The position numbers were made by a program, and so were the translations under genes. DNA of 64,000 nucleotides from Amoebidium appalachense. Its lineage: Eukaryota; Protista; Ichthyosporea. The stretch covers positions 1,099,631-1,163,630 of the forward strand of contig CAVNZM010000016.1 of the NCBI GenBank assembly GCA_963693365.1. The letters run 5' to 3'. The notes beneath the pieces were generated by a model, which was given only the letters and a program-made list of their open reading frames with translations, was not told where the DNA came from and did not search any database. Positions 19,918 to 34,630 of the stretch are shown in pieces (position 1 is the first letter of the stretch; each line of letters opens with the position of its first letter).

Positions 19918-20353
19918 GGGGGAAGACCCACTTTCTCTCAATAGCCTTTGCGTGCATCTCTCTCTTCTTTTTCATCACATCGACGGCTTGCCCACTGGAC
20001 CGGCTGACCTCAAAGATGGTCTGTGTGTGTGTGTGTGTGTGTGTAGAACGCGGGATCAAGGGGTGAAAGGGGTTAGAAGGTGGAAGACACGCGAAAAAAG
20101 CCAAAAAAAAGCCAAAAAAAAAAAAACAAAACAAAAAAAACCCCCAAAACCACCAGGAGACACACATTCCGGGTTCCCATGCCTCCACCAAGCAACAGGT
20201 TCCAACCAAACCCTCTTGTAGTTTCAACGGCAGCGGACAACTAACAACAACCCACCCTGGTTAAAAAGAAGCAAGATTGTTCAAGGGGCAGCATCCAGAA
20301 AAAACACCTATACCTTTTCCCGTGCATCAGGGGGAGAGAGAGAGGGAGAGAGC

Positions 20354-20403
<50 letters not shown>

Positions 20404-20697
20404 CTGTTGGGGGGAGGGGGGGGGGGGGGGGGGGAGGTCACCTGTGATGGTTTGTAAAGTTTAACATCATTCAACAGTTTTGCCGTCATCTGGGCAGTTT
20501 CGTCAACAAAGCCCTCTGCAACCAACCAATCACAGTCAGTCACTTGACAAGAAATGGCCCAATCAAAAACGGTGTGCAAATACAGCCTATGACAAATTCT
20601 CCTTCCACCCAAAAGGGGAGTAATCTAACCTATCACGCACCTTCCCCCTTCCCCCCCCCTCCATCACTAATACCTGTGCCTCCTCTTCTGTTTACCG

Positions 20698-20747
<50 letters not shown>

Positions 20748-21485
20748 CAAGGAAGGACGAGGAGGGAAAAAAAAAAAAAAATTCGACTGCGGTTACCGGC
20801 ACCGGAAAAGACAAGAAGAACCACAGCAAAATGTGAATGTGTGGCACACAGTTCAGAGGGGGCAACCAAGACAGCCCCACCGACGAACCCAGGCCAACCA
20901 ATCAAATGTAGCGCCCTAGTTTACCACGGTTGACCATTGGGTAAGGATCAGCATGGTGATATGGGGCGCAGGTCGAAAACACCGATGAAAAAACATAACA
21001 AACCAACGAATTCAGTCAAATGATTTGTCGAGACAAGATTCGAACCTACGAACGGCCTTATCATAGCTTACAGCACTAACCACTACACCAGTGACCACTC
21101 GCACACGCACACACACACACACACAATTTTTTAGAATTTCCAGCCGAGCACCAATTAAACTCTCCGGCCCAACACGGTGTCTTGGTATGCCATTGCCCCC
21201 CCACCAAAAATGTCACACTAGTGAGATCATCCCCCCCCCCCCCCCCCCCCCCCCCCCCGGAACAAAGTGGGGTGCCTTATGTACAAGAGAAAACCCCGAC
21301 AGTATGGTATCGTGCCGAAAGATGCAAACACACACACACACATCACATACACAGACACTGCCAGACATCCACCCACCTACACAACCACAGAAATGCGCAC
21401 ACACTAGGAGGGGGAAAGCCAAACATATAGAAACCAACTGACAACACAATGCAGAGTCCGAACCACACAACGTGTATATATACAA

Positions 21486-21530
<45 letters not shown>

Positions 21531-21703
21531 ATGTGTTGGGGGGGGGGGGGGGGGGGGGGGGGGTTGTTGTATCATACCGAAATCCGGGTGAATGCCCACA
21601 ACTGGGTCCATTTCTTTGCATCGTTTTGCCGATTCGGCCGAAGCCTTTGGGCGTGATTTTACAAACATCTTGTAGGCATTATTGGCTGTGTTCTTGGCTG
21701 CTT

Positions 21704-21749
<46 letters not shown>

Positions 21750-23905
21750 CAACGGGGGGGGTTTTGAATGCGTCAAAAAGTACGAAGTACACAAGAACAA
21801 ACGGATAACACGATGCAGAATGCAAGCCATACATAAAGAGTATGCATAATAAGCAGAGCCCATCCTCATGGGGGGCCCACGTTATCCACAGTACCCGAGT
21901 TTCGACCTATTCACCTCGTTAACGAAACCCAACTCAGATACTGTTTCACTTGAACATGGGTAGGTCACCCGTCTTGATCAGAGACGAGCAGGGTTGCTTA
22001 TGCAGGCAAGGGCAGTGGGAAAGGCCGGGGGTTAAAGTTGCAGCAGTAAGCAGAAGCTAGAAAAATATAGATAGGAACTCAGGAGACGGGGCTTCTAGGA
22101 AGCTCGCCCGTCGATACCTAAGTCGATACTTCCCTGGCTAACATACTACACCAGCTGAAAAGACTTAAGTCCCGAAGGCCGCAGAATTCGTGCGCAAGGG
22201 GGGGGGGGGGGGGGTTTGAATGCGTCAAAAAGTACGAAGTACACAAGAACAAACGGATAACACGATGCAGAATGCAAGCCATACATAAAGAGTATGCATA
22301 ATAAGCAGAGCCCATCCTCAGGGGGGCCCACGTCATCCACAGTACCCGAGTTTCGACCTATTCCCCTGGGGGGGGGGGGGGGGGGGGGGGGGGGGTGTTA
22401 TAAGAAATGTAAACAGAGCAAAAATACACAGAAGGACACACAACAAACCAAACACCCAAAAATAATCTACATGATGATTTCCGGGGGGGGGGGGGGGGGG
22501 GAGGGGGGCTCTTACGATATCAGCCTTTGAAGCATGCATCTGCTTCAGTACTTCTCTCATGTCACCGAGAATAATTTCAGGCACTGCACCATAGACCCCG
22601 TTCTTTTCCTCGATCTGGGAGAGGGGTATGAGGGGATTGGCTGGGTTGAAGGGCTTGCCCAGGAAAAGGTGAAGGTCGAGGACGTATGGAAGCTGTGGAC
22701 GAATCAGGTCACAGGGTCAGTAACCTTATTGGGTAAATGAGTTGTATTTATGGGGGTGTTTGCTGACGGTGGGGTGAAAGACACCCTTTCCAAGAACACA
22801 ATTTAGTTGGCAAATACTAGGTGTATTCCCCACCTGCCTTATTTGGCAAGAGTTCGAAAAACATATTCAAAGTCGAATGATATTAAAACGGCCAAAAGAT
22901 ACACTTAGTAGTAATAATATGACTCGGAGGTCAGTCTGGGCAGATCGAGTTTGATTGGAGGCGAGCGCATCAAAATGCACACAAGGCCTTACGGTTGAAT
23001 AGACAGCATCAAATGGCAGATAAGTATATCGAGATTAACTCACTATATAATAACTAAACAGTGGTATGGTAAAAGGGGTCTAATGCATACAGAACATATA
23101 ATGAGTGAACTACGCACGGAACAACGCAGACATACGGACGCAAAGCCCATACACAGAGACACTCAGGCACACAGACGCACGTGTGCACGGCGAAGATATG
23201 CAAATGAATCCGCACATACACGAGTACACAAACACACCAGCAGAATTACACACACACAGCTGCACACGCACCCACACACCCACACACTCGTACACAAACA
23301 CGCAAACCCACTCCCACCCACCCAATCCCACTCCCCCACCCACCTCTTCAGGAGTCACCAGAGAGTAAGCTGAACCCGACCTGCCGGCACGGGCCACACG
23401 ACCCACTCGATGCACAAAAAGCTGCATGAATCAGTATCGATTAGCCAATCGTCTCACAGGGATAAGTATCTTATATGGTTTCTAAAAAACGGTAGAGCAT
23501 CATTTCCACTCCATCTATACTTAGAAAAGGGCCTCACAACATTCTATTCGTCCAGCCAATCACGTATGCGCGGCAACATCAATGTCTCCCCCCCCCCCCC
23601 AAAAAAAAAAAAAGTAAAATAAAAAAAACGTAAATCCGACATCAAATATACGGGAACACAACCACCCACGGCCCACCCTGGGCCGCATGCTTCTCGGTCC
23701 CACACACTCTAGCCGGGGTTTCCCAAAAAGACGCCAAAAGTCAGACGCCTTTCAGTTTAGACCCGGCGGGGGGAGAGGGAGGGGGGGAGGGGGGGGGGGG
23801 GGGGGGGGGGGGGAGGGGGGAATAGGGAGAGAGAGAGACAGGCAAAGATCAGATAATGATTACACAAACATCAAACGAGAAAAAAAGCATCCCCCCCCCC
23901 CCCCC

Positions 23906-23946
<41 letters not shown>

Positions 23947-24879
23947 ACCACCCCAAACCAAACAGGAGCACTTCCACATCTACTTGGGATTAGCAAGACG
24001 AAAGTTTCAGGAAACCCATCAAATCCATTTCACCAAACCGAAAATCCCACATCAAATTTACGGGAACACAACCACCCACGGCCCACCCTGGACCGCATGC
24101 TTCTCGGTCCCACACACTCTAGCCGGGGTTTCCCAAAAAGACGCCAAAAGTCAGACGCCTTTCAGTTTAGACCCGGCGAAAAGGGGAAAACCCCATTCAC
24201 ACCCACGCGCATTTTAAATAAATAAGCTTCAACGTGCAATATCCTTGGCTAGTGCATAGAAAAATCAATAACACAAATTCACCCATATCGACAACCGTGC
24301 AGCATCCGGATTTCAAAATAAAACCGATCAGCATCAAGCTGTGTTAAGTTAAGCCAATTGAACGGTGCCAAATAGGTATAAATACATACCTTCGGGTTTG
24401 GTGCAAAGTCGTAGTTGATGACGTTGTCAAGCAGCGGCACGTCAATACCACGGGCAGCAACGTCAGTCACTGCGTGTGCTTACGTAAGTATGGTGCAACA
24501 CATTCAATCATAGCATGTGTTACGTGAGTATGGTGCAACCACAGCCAATCATAGCATGAGCTTACGTAAGAATGGTGCATTCACATCCAGTCATGGTATG
24601 TGCTTACGTACGTATGGTGCAAGCAATCACACAATGCGGTTAGGTAAGAATGAGTGCCAAAGCATTGCCAAACACACGTCAACAGAAATCTCATCGTAAA
24701 TATCCTCCCCCCCCCCCCCCCCTTTCTTTCCAACCACCCCAAAAGGTGCTACTTGCCCAAGAGAAAAAAAAAAAGGGGGGGGGGGGGGGGGGGGGGAATT
24801 AAAAAATAAAATAAAAATTAAAAAAAAAGGATATAGAAAAGAATGAAGAACTACTCTTCCAACGCGCCTCTCGGTTTGG

Positions 24880-24946
<67 letters not shown>

Positions 24947-26072
24947 GGGAACGGGGGTGAGGACGGAGGAGGAGGGGTCGTAGAATGAATTACAGGCCAG
25001 AAGTACATATTTACACCCGCTTATGCAACACGACTTCCCATCAAAAAATAGGCGACAAACATTAAGGGGGGCTGAGTCATCCTCAAAGAAAAAAAAAAAA
25101 GGGGGGGGGGGGGGGGGGGGTTTGAATGCGGAACACGGTACGAAGTACGCATACACGAAGGACACATGCAAAGGCAAACATTCAAGTATGCAACATCAGC
25201 CATGCGCACAGTATGCGTCATAAGCAGAGCCCATCCTCAGGGAGGGCCTAAGTCATCAATTGCGTCTGAGTTTCGAACCCTTAGCCCGTGTACATATGAC
25301 TCTCCAACTCAGACAGCAGCATCAACTGAACTTGGGAGGGTCAACCCGTCTTGATCAAAGACAAGCAGGGTTGCTTATGCAAGCAAGGTGAGCAAAACGG
25401 TGAAGATGTGTGTGCAAACTAATGCATGGAAAGCGAAAAATGCGTATGTGCTTACAGATGCACGACACAGAGCAACCATGCCTGGTTGCATGGAAGTAAA
25501 GCGGTCTCCACACAGTGGTCTGTCCTGAAAGGACACCTCTGAAAGAAGACTGGGGGGGTTTGAATGCGGAACACAGTACGAAGTACGCATACACGAAGGA
25601 CACATGCAAAGGCAAACATTCAAGTATGCAACATAGCCATGCGTGCAGTATGCGTCATAAGCAGAGCCCATCCTCAGGGAGGGCCCGGGGAAGAGCAAAG
25701 GAAGGGAAGAGTGGAGCGGACGGCAGAGAAAGAGAGAAAGAGAGGAGGCGTCGGAAGGGGTGTTTGGGGGTGTTTGGGGAGGGGAGGGGGGGGGGGGGAG
25801 GGAGGGGGAGGAGGAGGGAGAAAGGGAGAGAATGAAGGGGGGTTTGTTTAAAATTACCAAGCAAGATGGGTGCCTTTCCGTTCTTGAACTTTGCCAGTTG
25901 GATCTTTCTAGCCGTCTGGTCCAGTGTGCCGTAGATAAATGCACAGTCTAAGGAGGCGGCTTTAAGCACCTCACGAAGATAGTCGACGTGGTGTTTGGTG
26001 GACACGAAAACGACAGTGAGCTGGTCTTTGGACACCTGTGTGTGTGTGAGTGTGTGTGTGTGTGTGCGTTTT

Positions 26073-26112
<40 letters not shown>

Positions 26113-28418
26113 GGGAGAGAAGGGGGATAGGTTAGGGCGTGTGGTATACTAGAAAAGAAGTACACATTCGAAACGGGTACTGCAGTGCGGACATGCAGAG
26201 AAGGACATCGAGCAAGTGGGTGTGCGCGCACGCACACACACATGCGGGAGCACATAAACACACACACCCACGTGCACACACACATGCGCATGCTTGCACC
26301 CCCCCCCCCCCCCCCAAAACCCACACACACACACACCTTCTGCTTCAACAACCACAGCAGCAGCCCGAGCTTATCGTCGGGTCTGACGGCCAAAAACGAC
26401 AACTTGAGGTCTTCGCTCAGTTTCGTGTCCACGTCAAGGCGAATAAGCACGGGGTCTTGGAGGCCTGTGTTTTTTTTATTATTATTATTATTTTATTTTT
26501 TTTTTGGGGGGGGGGGGGGGGGGGATAAGGAGAAGTGGGGAGGGGATGCAAGTGTTAAGAGGGTAAAAAATGGGGTGGGGAGGATAGGGAGGGGGAAAGA
26601 GGGGGATGTATATGTTAAGGTAGAGGGGGGGTCCGATCTGTGCCCCCGCCAAATCGATCATAGACCCCCCTGGATCAAGGAAGAGCGCACAGCTCGCACC
26701 TGCGGCTGAAATTTCGGTTCGCAAGGTAATTACGGCACCTCGACAGCGGCCGTGCGGTCCAGACTATCGCCCTCGAAAAAAAAAAAACTCAATTATAAAC
26801 CCCCCCTTATATTCCTAAGACAGCCGAGCTCCCCATGCTTCATCTCTCCTGTGTGGGGACTTGGTCTTCTGGCCCATAAGTAAAACTGGTTTTTCAAAAC
26901 AATGATTATGTAGCATGCGAGATCAATGTTTTTGGTATTAGACGATCTTATACCAAGAAAATAATTTAAGCTTGATTTTTGTGGGTTAAGGGGTGGTATC
27001 CTGGATGCCGCTTGCAGTAATTACTATCTGTCTTCATTACATAGCCGCTAAACTGGTGTCAAGTCCCTTACCGAGCGGGTATTGAGGGACCCGAAAAGAG
27101 CAACTATGGGGATCTGATCCTCCAGTCGTATGGCGCAATCTGAATGCGTTGCGTGAATAGCCTCAAATTTGGCGGGAAAATAAGTCCGGCTTGACCAATA
27201 GAACAATCTAAAGTGTTGTTGGTACGGCGATCAGAACTTGATAGAATCACTTTTCATTGGCTCCATTATCCACAGCATAAAACGTGATCGAATATGCATA
27301 TATGAAAGATTTACAATTTATTTGCAGACAACCGAAGGCTACGAATCATAAAATAACTAAAAAGCTTCTGTAAAAAATATTTATTTATTCCGTAGTTATT
27401 CGATCATTTTTATGCTGGTTTCAGTATACACGTTCAGCGACAATTGACCTCTGCCGGCAGATCCGTATGCGCTATCTTGTATTTGATGTAATCATACATG
27501 TAGATAACCTGTAAACAACAGCCATTTGGACATTGTTTATAGAGGGTATCGTGTACAACAAGTGCACACGCAGTTCAGCGCCAGATGATATAGAGTTATC
27601 AGTTGTGAGAAGCATATAAAGCAATATTTCGTGCAATTTTTCTGTAAGAAAATTGATATATTGTGTGATAATGACATTCAATTAGTTTGCTCACGCAATT
27701 CCTGGTGGAAAGGCTCGTCGCAAAAAAAAGTAAAAACCGGCTCAGCCCTACAGGTGTTGCCACCCTCTCAACGAAATGCCCATGCTCTATACCTGGGATG
27801 CTCTGTGCTTGTGTTTTCCGAGTGATAGCGTGAAAAAGTATACATGGGTGCTTTATGACAATCACGACCCCTAGATAGGGGGTCCTACCTGGGTTGCTTT
27901 GCAGACTTTTCGCTTCTTTCTTTCTTTGTGTGCATATTTTCGTATACCCTTCATGAGCTTTCGGAAGATAAACGCGCAGCACGTGCGCCTGGAGGTCCCA
28001 TTTTTTTGTTCTGCTGCACCATGGGTGAAAGGGGTTTTATTCCACCCGTCTGTTCGCGACCTACCTATTCTTTTCGACACGGACAACCCTAAAACCAGGC
28101 AATGAAAACTGAGTCATGTTTGAAGAACAACACCACTGGCATACCCATGATCCCGTGGCATAGCAATAGCCAATCATCGCATATCTAATAAAGCTCTGCC
28201 TTATGGTTGGGTTGCAATCACCGTGCTTTGTGCCTTCCCGCCAAAATGGTGCCTCTAGCCAATCGCAATCAATTGAGAAACATTAGCATGATCTAAAGGA
28301 TTTTAGCGGTTTAGCAACAAAATGCCGCCGTCTGATTGGATCGGAGGCCAATTATGATTTTGACTCTATTCTCCGCCTTAGGAGGGTGGGAAACAAATGA
28401 AATGGGCCAAACAACTAC

Positions 28419-28459
<41 letters not shown>

Positions 28460-30990
28460 CAAAACACAAACATTTTCATACATTCTACTTCACATTTACC
28501 CACCCCCCCACCCCCCTCCCTCATCTCCTCACTCCCTCCACCACACACGAACACACACACGCACACGCACACCTCCCTAAACCCCTAACCATATATCTCA
28601 CAAGCTAAGTGGGTGTTCAAAGACCGATATTGTTTTGGGGAGAAGGGGGGTTCCATACCAGCCTGTGCAAATTCGACCAACATCTTAGGCAGGGTGGCCG
28701 AAAACAGAAGGGTCTGGCGCTTCGGTGGTAGGCGGTGAGCAATCTCCTTGACTTGGTCGGCAAACCCCATTTCAAACAGCCTGAAAATTAGGGAAGGGTG
28801 GGTCCAATTGTCAACAATAGCACCAAAATACATACAACACATGCCTACAACATTTTCCCTTTATCCTTTTTTCCTCTCTTTCTTTCCTTTTTTTCCTTTT
28901 TGTCTTTTTTTTTTTTGGGGAAAGGGGAGGGTTACACTGCCTTATACAGTAAGAATTACACATTCATACCGCAGAGCCCTTAATCAGAGTCGGGAGCCAC
29001 TTCATTCACAGTGGGGCTGTCCAGACTGCGCCGACTGACGCTCCGGATTGACCAACTTTGCCTAATTTGGATCGGAGTCCAATCGATCTGGCGCCCACAC
29101 TGAGTCCAATGGACTGCGCTTGCCAAATTTGGCCGAACCCAAGTTAGGGTGGATTCATGTTGCAACCGAACATCCATTAACCGAACACCAGATCTGATGA
29201 TTTCATTGGCTCTGGTCAGATCCAGCCCTGACGTAAGTAAGTACGGAAACTGAATTCGATTGGTTCCCTAATGGCGACATCGAGATTTTGGATTTCCGTT
29301 CGTGTACATGGTATGCGTGTCCGAGTGGAGCACATGGAAAAGGTCTTTAAAATGTTCTACTTCATCAGAAACCTTTTAGTACATTTGAAGTAATACTTTT
29401 TTCTAGATGAAGGTGATAAATATGGGCTTCTGTCGACATCACATCCTGCCAGGCTGCCAACCGCTGGTCCAGGTGAAGGCCATCATTCACAAACCGGCAA
29501 CGGTAAACATATGATATGCAACCAATAGCTGTAAAGATCGAGGTGTTCGGTTAAAGGGTAAGATCTTGACAGCATTTGCTTTTCATGTTTTTGCTAGTAA
29601 ATTAGACCGGAAGTGCTATTTTTTTTTATTAACTGAAGATTTACATTATATTCTTACTCTGACAAAAAGAAAGTACCCGTTTATCTTATTGGGAGCTGAG
29701 ATATTGCATAGATCGGGTGCGAAAACCGTTAATGGATAAGATACCCTAATCAACTGCCAGTCCATCGGCGTTCTAATCCGAGCCCGGATTGACGTTCAGC
29801 GCAAGATTAGAACCAATCATTCCGTACTTTACCAAATTAGTCTATTCGCACTTACCAAATTAACTATTTGCAAAGAAAATAGCCAAAAATGGACCGCGCG
29901 TTAGGCAGCCTAGACTTGACAACCCGTAGATACTTGCATAATAATTATTTTTTTAGTATTTTTTTGGACGTGTAGCATGTCATCAACAGCACTTCTTTTT
30001 ATTAACCTGTTGAGGACCGGCCTAATTGATTCAACCGGGTCCCGGTTGGGACCTAAACAACTCTATTGCAGCTCAAAATCGATAGAAAAAGCTCAACTAA
30101 ATTGCATATGCCGACAGGTATATGTCTTACCTACAAACTTTACTAAGATGTTACGGGAAAATATCATTAATTCGTATACTTTTATATCTGTTTCTGAAGT
30201 GACTTTCGAGATTTTGAGAGAATCTCGAGTTGCCATCGAATGTCGACTGAGCCGGCCAATCATGTTTTGCCATTTGGAGCCATTTTCACAATGGACCAAT
30301 CAGAAGATTGCATTGGCAGCATTTCGATGTCGTCCTTGACTCGTCAAGCCGGCAGCACCCTTTGTAGTTACCCCATATACAAGGTATCGTTATTAGAGTA
30401 AGTTCAATTTTTTTTTTGCATAAGACGAAGGATGCGTGTATAATCTAATCTCGTGCTATTTTTATTTGGCTAGTTCCTATTAACTTCATGCTCACAATAC
30501 ACAGAGCACAAACTGACTCATGTCGATGTCAGTTGACTAGATGTCGATCTCGTGAAATTTACGGTTCTCAAGAGGTTAAAATTAAAAATAATGTACAAAT
30601 ATTATAGAGTATATATACGCTAGCATCAGAAAATATGTTAAATCCAGCGCCAGCATTGCCGTCAATCCGTGACCAGTCGGGACGCTCCGATCGCATGGAC
30701 TTGCGAAAAACCCAAATATGGTCGAGTGTGGTCAATCAGGGATCCGATGGATTGTCAATCCGAAACCAGTCCATCGGCGCAGTGTGGACAGCCCCAGATT
30801 GAGCTTCGAGCTATTCATCACTTCGACGAAACCCAACTCAGATATTGGGGGGGGGGGGGGGGGGGGGGGGGAGTGCGAGAGTGTGTGTGTGTGTGTGTGC
30901 GTGCGTGGGGGGGGGGGGGGGGGGGGATAGATTGCTTGATCGAGTACGAAGTACACATTCACAACGGACAACATAATGCAAGGGGGAGGA

Positions 30991-31025
<35 letters not shown>

Positions 31026-31533
31026 ATACTTGCCTGTCTGCTTCATCATAGACGATGTATTCGCACACACTGAGGTTGAAGTTCATCTCCACAAGAAGAT
31101 GCGCTAGACGGCCTGGGGTGGCTACAACACTGTGTGCACATGGGCGAATGGGTCAGTGAACGAGTCGGGTTTAAAAGTGACGGAGGATAACGATATGTAA
31201 GGGGGAGAGGGATAAAAAGGGGGGGAGACGGGGGGGGGGGGGGGGGGGGGGGGATGAAATGAAAAGAAGGGAAAGAGAGGAATATCAGCAGGGCCGTTGG
31301 TTTTTTCTTTCAATTGTTTTTTTACGAAAGGGGAGATGCCCCCCCCCCCCCCCCCCCCCCCACCCACCCACACCCCCAAAATAAAAACAACAACAAGAAA
31401 TATCTTAAATCCACCTCCTCAATCATCCTCCCTACTGCCCTCCTTTCTTTCCCTCCGTCTTCGTCTATTCCTTCATCCTTGTTTTTTTTTAAATTTCTTT
31501 CTTTCATTCATTCTTCCCTATCCAATCCCCCCC

Positions 31534-31564
<31 letters not shown>

Positions 31565-32032
31565 ACCTTTCTTTTTTTTTTTTTGTGTTTGGGGGGGAGG
31601 GGTCCATACATGTCTGGGTTGCTGTGGATGAGGGCAAATTGGTCTTCGATGCTGTCACCACCCACCAGCAGGCAGCTCTTGAGCGACGTATACTTGCCTA
31701 GCTCCTAAAAGCCCCCCATCCATCATCCGTTACCGACAAAAACGCGAATTTTTCCCCTAACTGGGATAGACACCCTCCCTTCAACTATTTCTTTGCACAC
31801 GCAAATGACCTGTGTGCACCTGTTTTCGACCAAGCACTCTTTCATAATATCCAAAATCTACAGCTTACACCTGCACCTCCCTTCTCGCCTTCCCCCCCGT
31901 TCCCTTTCCCTACCCGAACAAGACAAACATTAAGAAACACAGTTGCAGCAAAGTAGATCGATGCTACTGGTCGCAAAGCTTAGGGTACAGAACTGGGTCT
32001 TCTGTGGAAATGATATGTTTTTTTTTTTTTTT

Positions 32033-32063
<31 letters not shown>

Positions 32064-32638
32064 GGGAGGGGGGGATGGGTGTGTAAGAATATGTTTTTAG
32101 GGAACGATGCACACGTTCATGACGGACAACACTATGCAAAGTGCAAATTACACAGAAAGCGTGTGTGTAACAACAAGCAGAGACTCCCTAGGGGGTGGAT
32201 GATGAGGGGCGGATAAAGGCGGAGGAAGACGGGGCCGGGGGGAGGGGAGGGGGGGGGGGGGGGGAAAGGGGGAGGGGGATGTTCTAGATACCTTTGCAAA
32301 CTTCATCGTCTGGAGAGCCAACTCACGTGTAGGTGACAGCACGAGCGCTTTAATGCCCACCTGCGAATGTTTAAAGATCAGTCGGCCGTCAGTGTTCTTT
32401 TTATAAGTTGCTGCCCACAACGTTATCATCTTTTATATACTAACCAGCCCACACAATCCCAAGATTTCCGGCTTTGCTTTCCATTGCCATACACTGTGCC
32501 CTCCTTCCCCTTCCCCACCCCAACATCCGTCATGGCTCAAAGAAGGATCACCCCCTCCCCCTCCCCCCTGAGCCCTTCACATCATCTGCTTGACATGCAC
32601 CAGAGGGGGAGGTTGTGGGGCGGGGTTGGGTGTGTGTG

Positions 32639-32709
<71 letters not shown>

Positions 32710-33545
32710 TACGGCAACCCAGGAACCAGTACAGCACGCAACAGTAGACCCACGGCCGGCGGGGGGGGGGGGGGGGGGGGGGGGGGGGTTTGAATGCGTC
32801 AAAAAGTACGAAGCACACAAGAACAAACGGATAACACGATGCAGAATGCAAGCCATACATAAAGAGTATGCATAATAAGCAGAGCCCATCCTCAGGGGGG
32901 CCCAAGTCATCCACAGTACCCGAGTTTCGACCTATTCCCCTCGTTAACGAAACCCAACTCAGATACTGTTTCACTTGAACATGAGTAGGTCACCCGTCTT
33001 GATCAGAGACGAGCAGGGTGGGGGGGGGGGGGGGGGGGGGGGGGGGTTGAATAAGCCACAGGGTACGAAGTATATTCACGACAGACCACACCATGCAGAT
33101 TTTGCAGAGCATACACAAAGTTGGGGGGGGGGGGGGGGGGGGGGGGGGGAGGAGGAGGGGGAGGGAGATGTTACCTTTGCAGTTTGGGCTATCAATTTTT
33201 CATACATTGGAATGATGAAGGCGGCAGTCTTGCCTGAGCCTGTGCGTGCCATGGCCACAAGATCCTTGCCCTGTGAACCAATCACATAAATCCATTAATA
33301 TTATGCTGGTAATTTTTTTAACTATCACCGGGCCCAGCATCCTGGCCACCCGATCGTTGCCACCTGAAAATAAATTACTAAAAATAAAAATATAAAAGCA
33401 CCCAAACCTCGTCCTCCCTAGAGTAGGTAAGAGAGACAGGACTATATGCCAGGCACACAGAGGGCAGCCTTCACCATCCTCCCTCCCCCCCCCCCCCCCC
33501 CCAAAAAAAAAAAAACACACACACACACACACGCACAACAACAAC

Positions 33546-33577
<32 letters not shown>

Positions 33578-33926
33578 AAAGAGAACAAAAAAAGAAAGAA
33601 AGAAAGGAAGGAAGGAAGAAAGAACAGAAGATTCTGGCTATGCCTTCTGCCACATCCTTGTTAATGCATCAGCCAATTAGCATGCGGCATTAGGATCACG
33701 TGACATACCTCCATAGCAACGGGGATGGCACGGCGTTGGATGGGTGTGGGCACCTTGTAGCCCTTGTTGATGATGGCCTTGTACACCGGGTAGCTGAGCC
33801 CTGTGGGCCCACACAGGCTATATTTAGAACACATTTTTCCAGAATAGTGGTAACATGGACATGAGATAGCAAAAACGCCATCTCCCCCGGGGGGAGGGGA
33901 AGGGGGGAGGGGGGAGTAGAACCAGA

Positions 33927-33976
<50 letters not shown>

Positions 33977-34594
33977 TTGTATGGTAGGCCACACCCCAGC
34001 CCCTTTACCCATTTGTCTAACTGCAAGGATATGGTTCTGTGCACGTGTTTTTCTAGCGATTGCATTGAACTACACACCCGCTGCCCTTCCCCCCTCTTCC
34101 TTCCCACTCCCTCCACAAACAAATAAAAACCATCAAATAATTAAAAGTAAAAGACAAAACACAATAGAATTGAAACAGAGGGAAGTGTACGAGGCAGAAG
34201 CCATGTACCTGTAATCGCATACTCGCGCATGGTGACGACAATGAGTAGGTGATTGGATGGGTAGGGAAGGGAGAGGGGGAGGGGGAGGGGGGGACGGGGG
34301 GGGGGGTTTGAGGGTTTAACATGCAGTACACTCTGCGAATTTCAGATTTGCAACGCACACCCCAAATGCGCCATCGGCAGAGCCCATCCTCCAAAGGGAG
34401 GGGAAGGGGGGGGAAGGAGCGCAGCAGGAGAATGGGGTGGGGGTCTACACACCCATCGACTGGAAACCCCCCGATTTTTTCTTCTTGAGGCTGGCCTTTG
34501 CTGAGGCCACAGCCCCCTCATCATCCTCCTCCTCTCCCCCCACAGAGGGGAAGCTGGGAAGACCATTGCTGGAACTTTCTTGCACCACCTTAAC

Positions 34595-34630
<36 letters not shown>

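Noticed and set aside
19211-21096. Functional tRNA genes
   Set aside because: A and B boxes are present but the cloverleaf stems do not pair, so they are listed only as tRNA-derived relics.
26610-28385. Second TIR transposon in a DDX54 intron
   Set aside because: Composition suggests an insertion, but the end match (TAAGGTAGAG / CTCCGCCTTA) is too short and there is no coding evidence.
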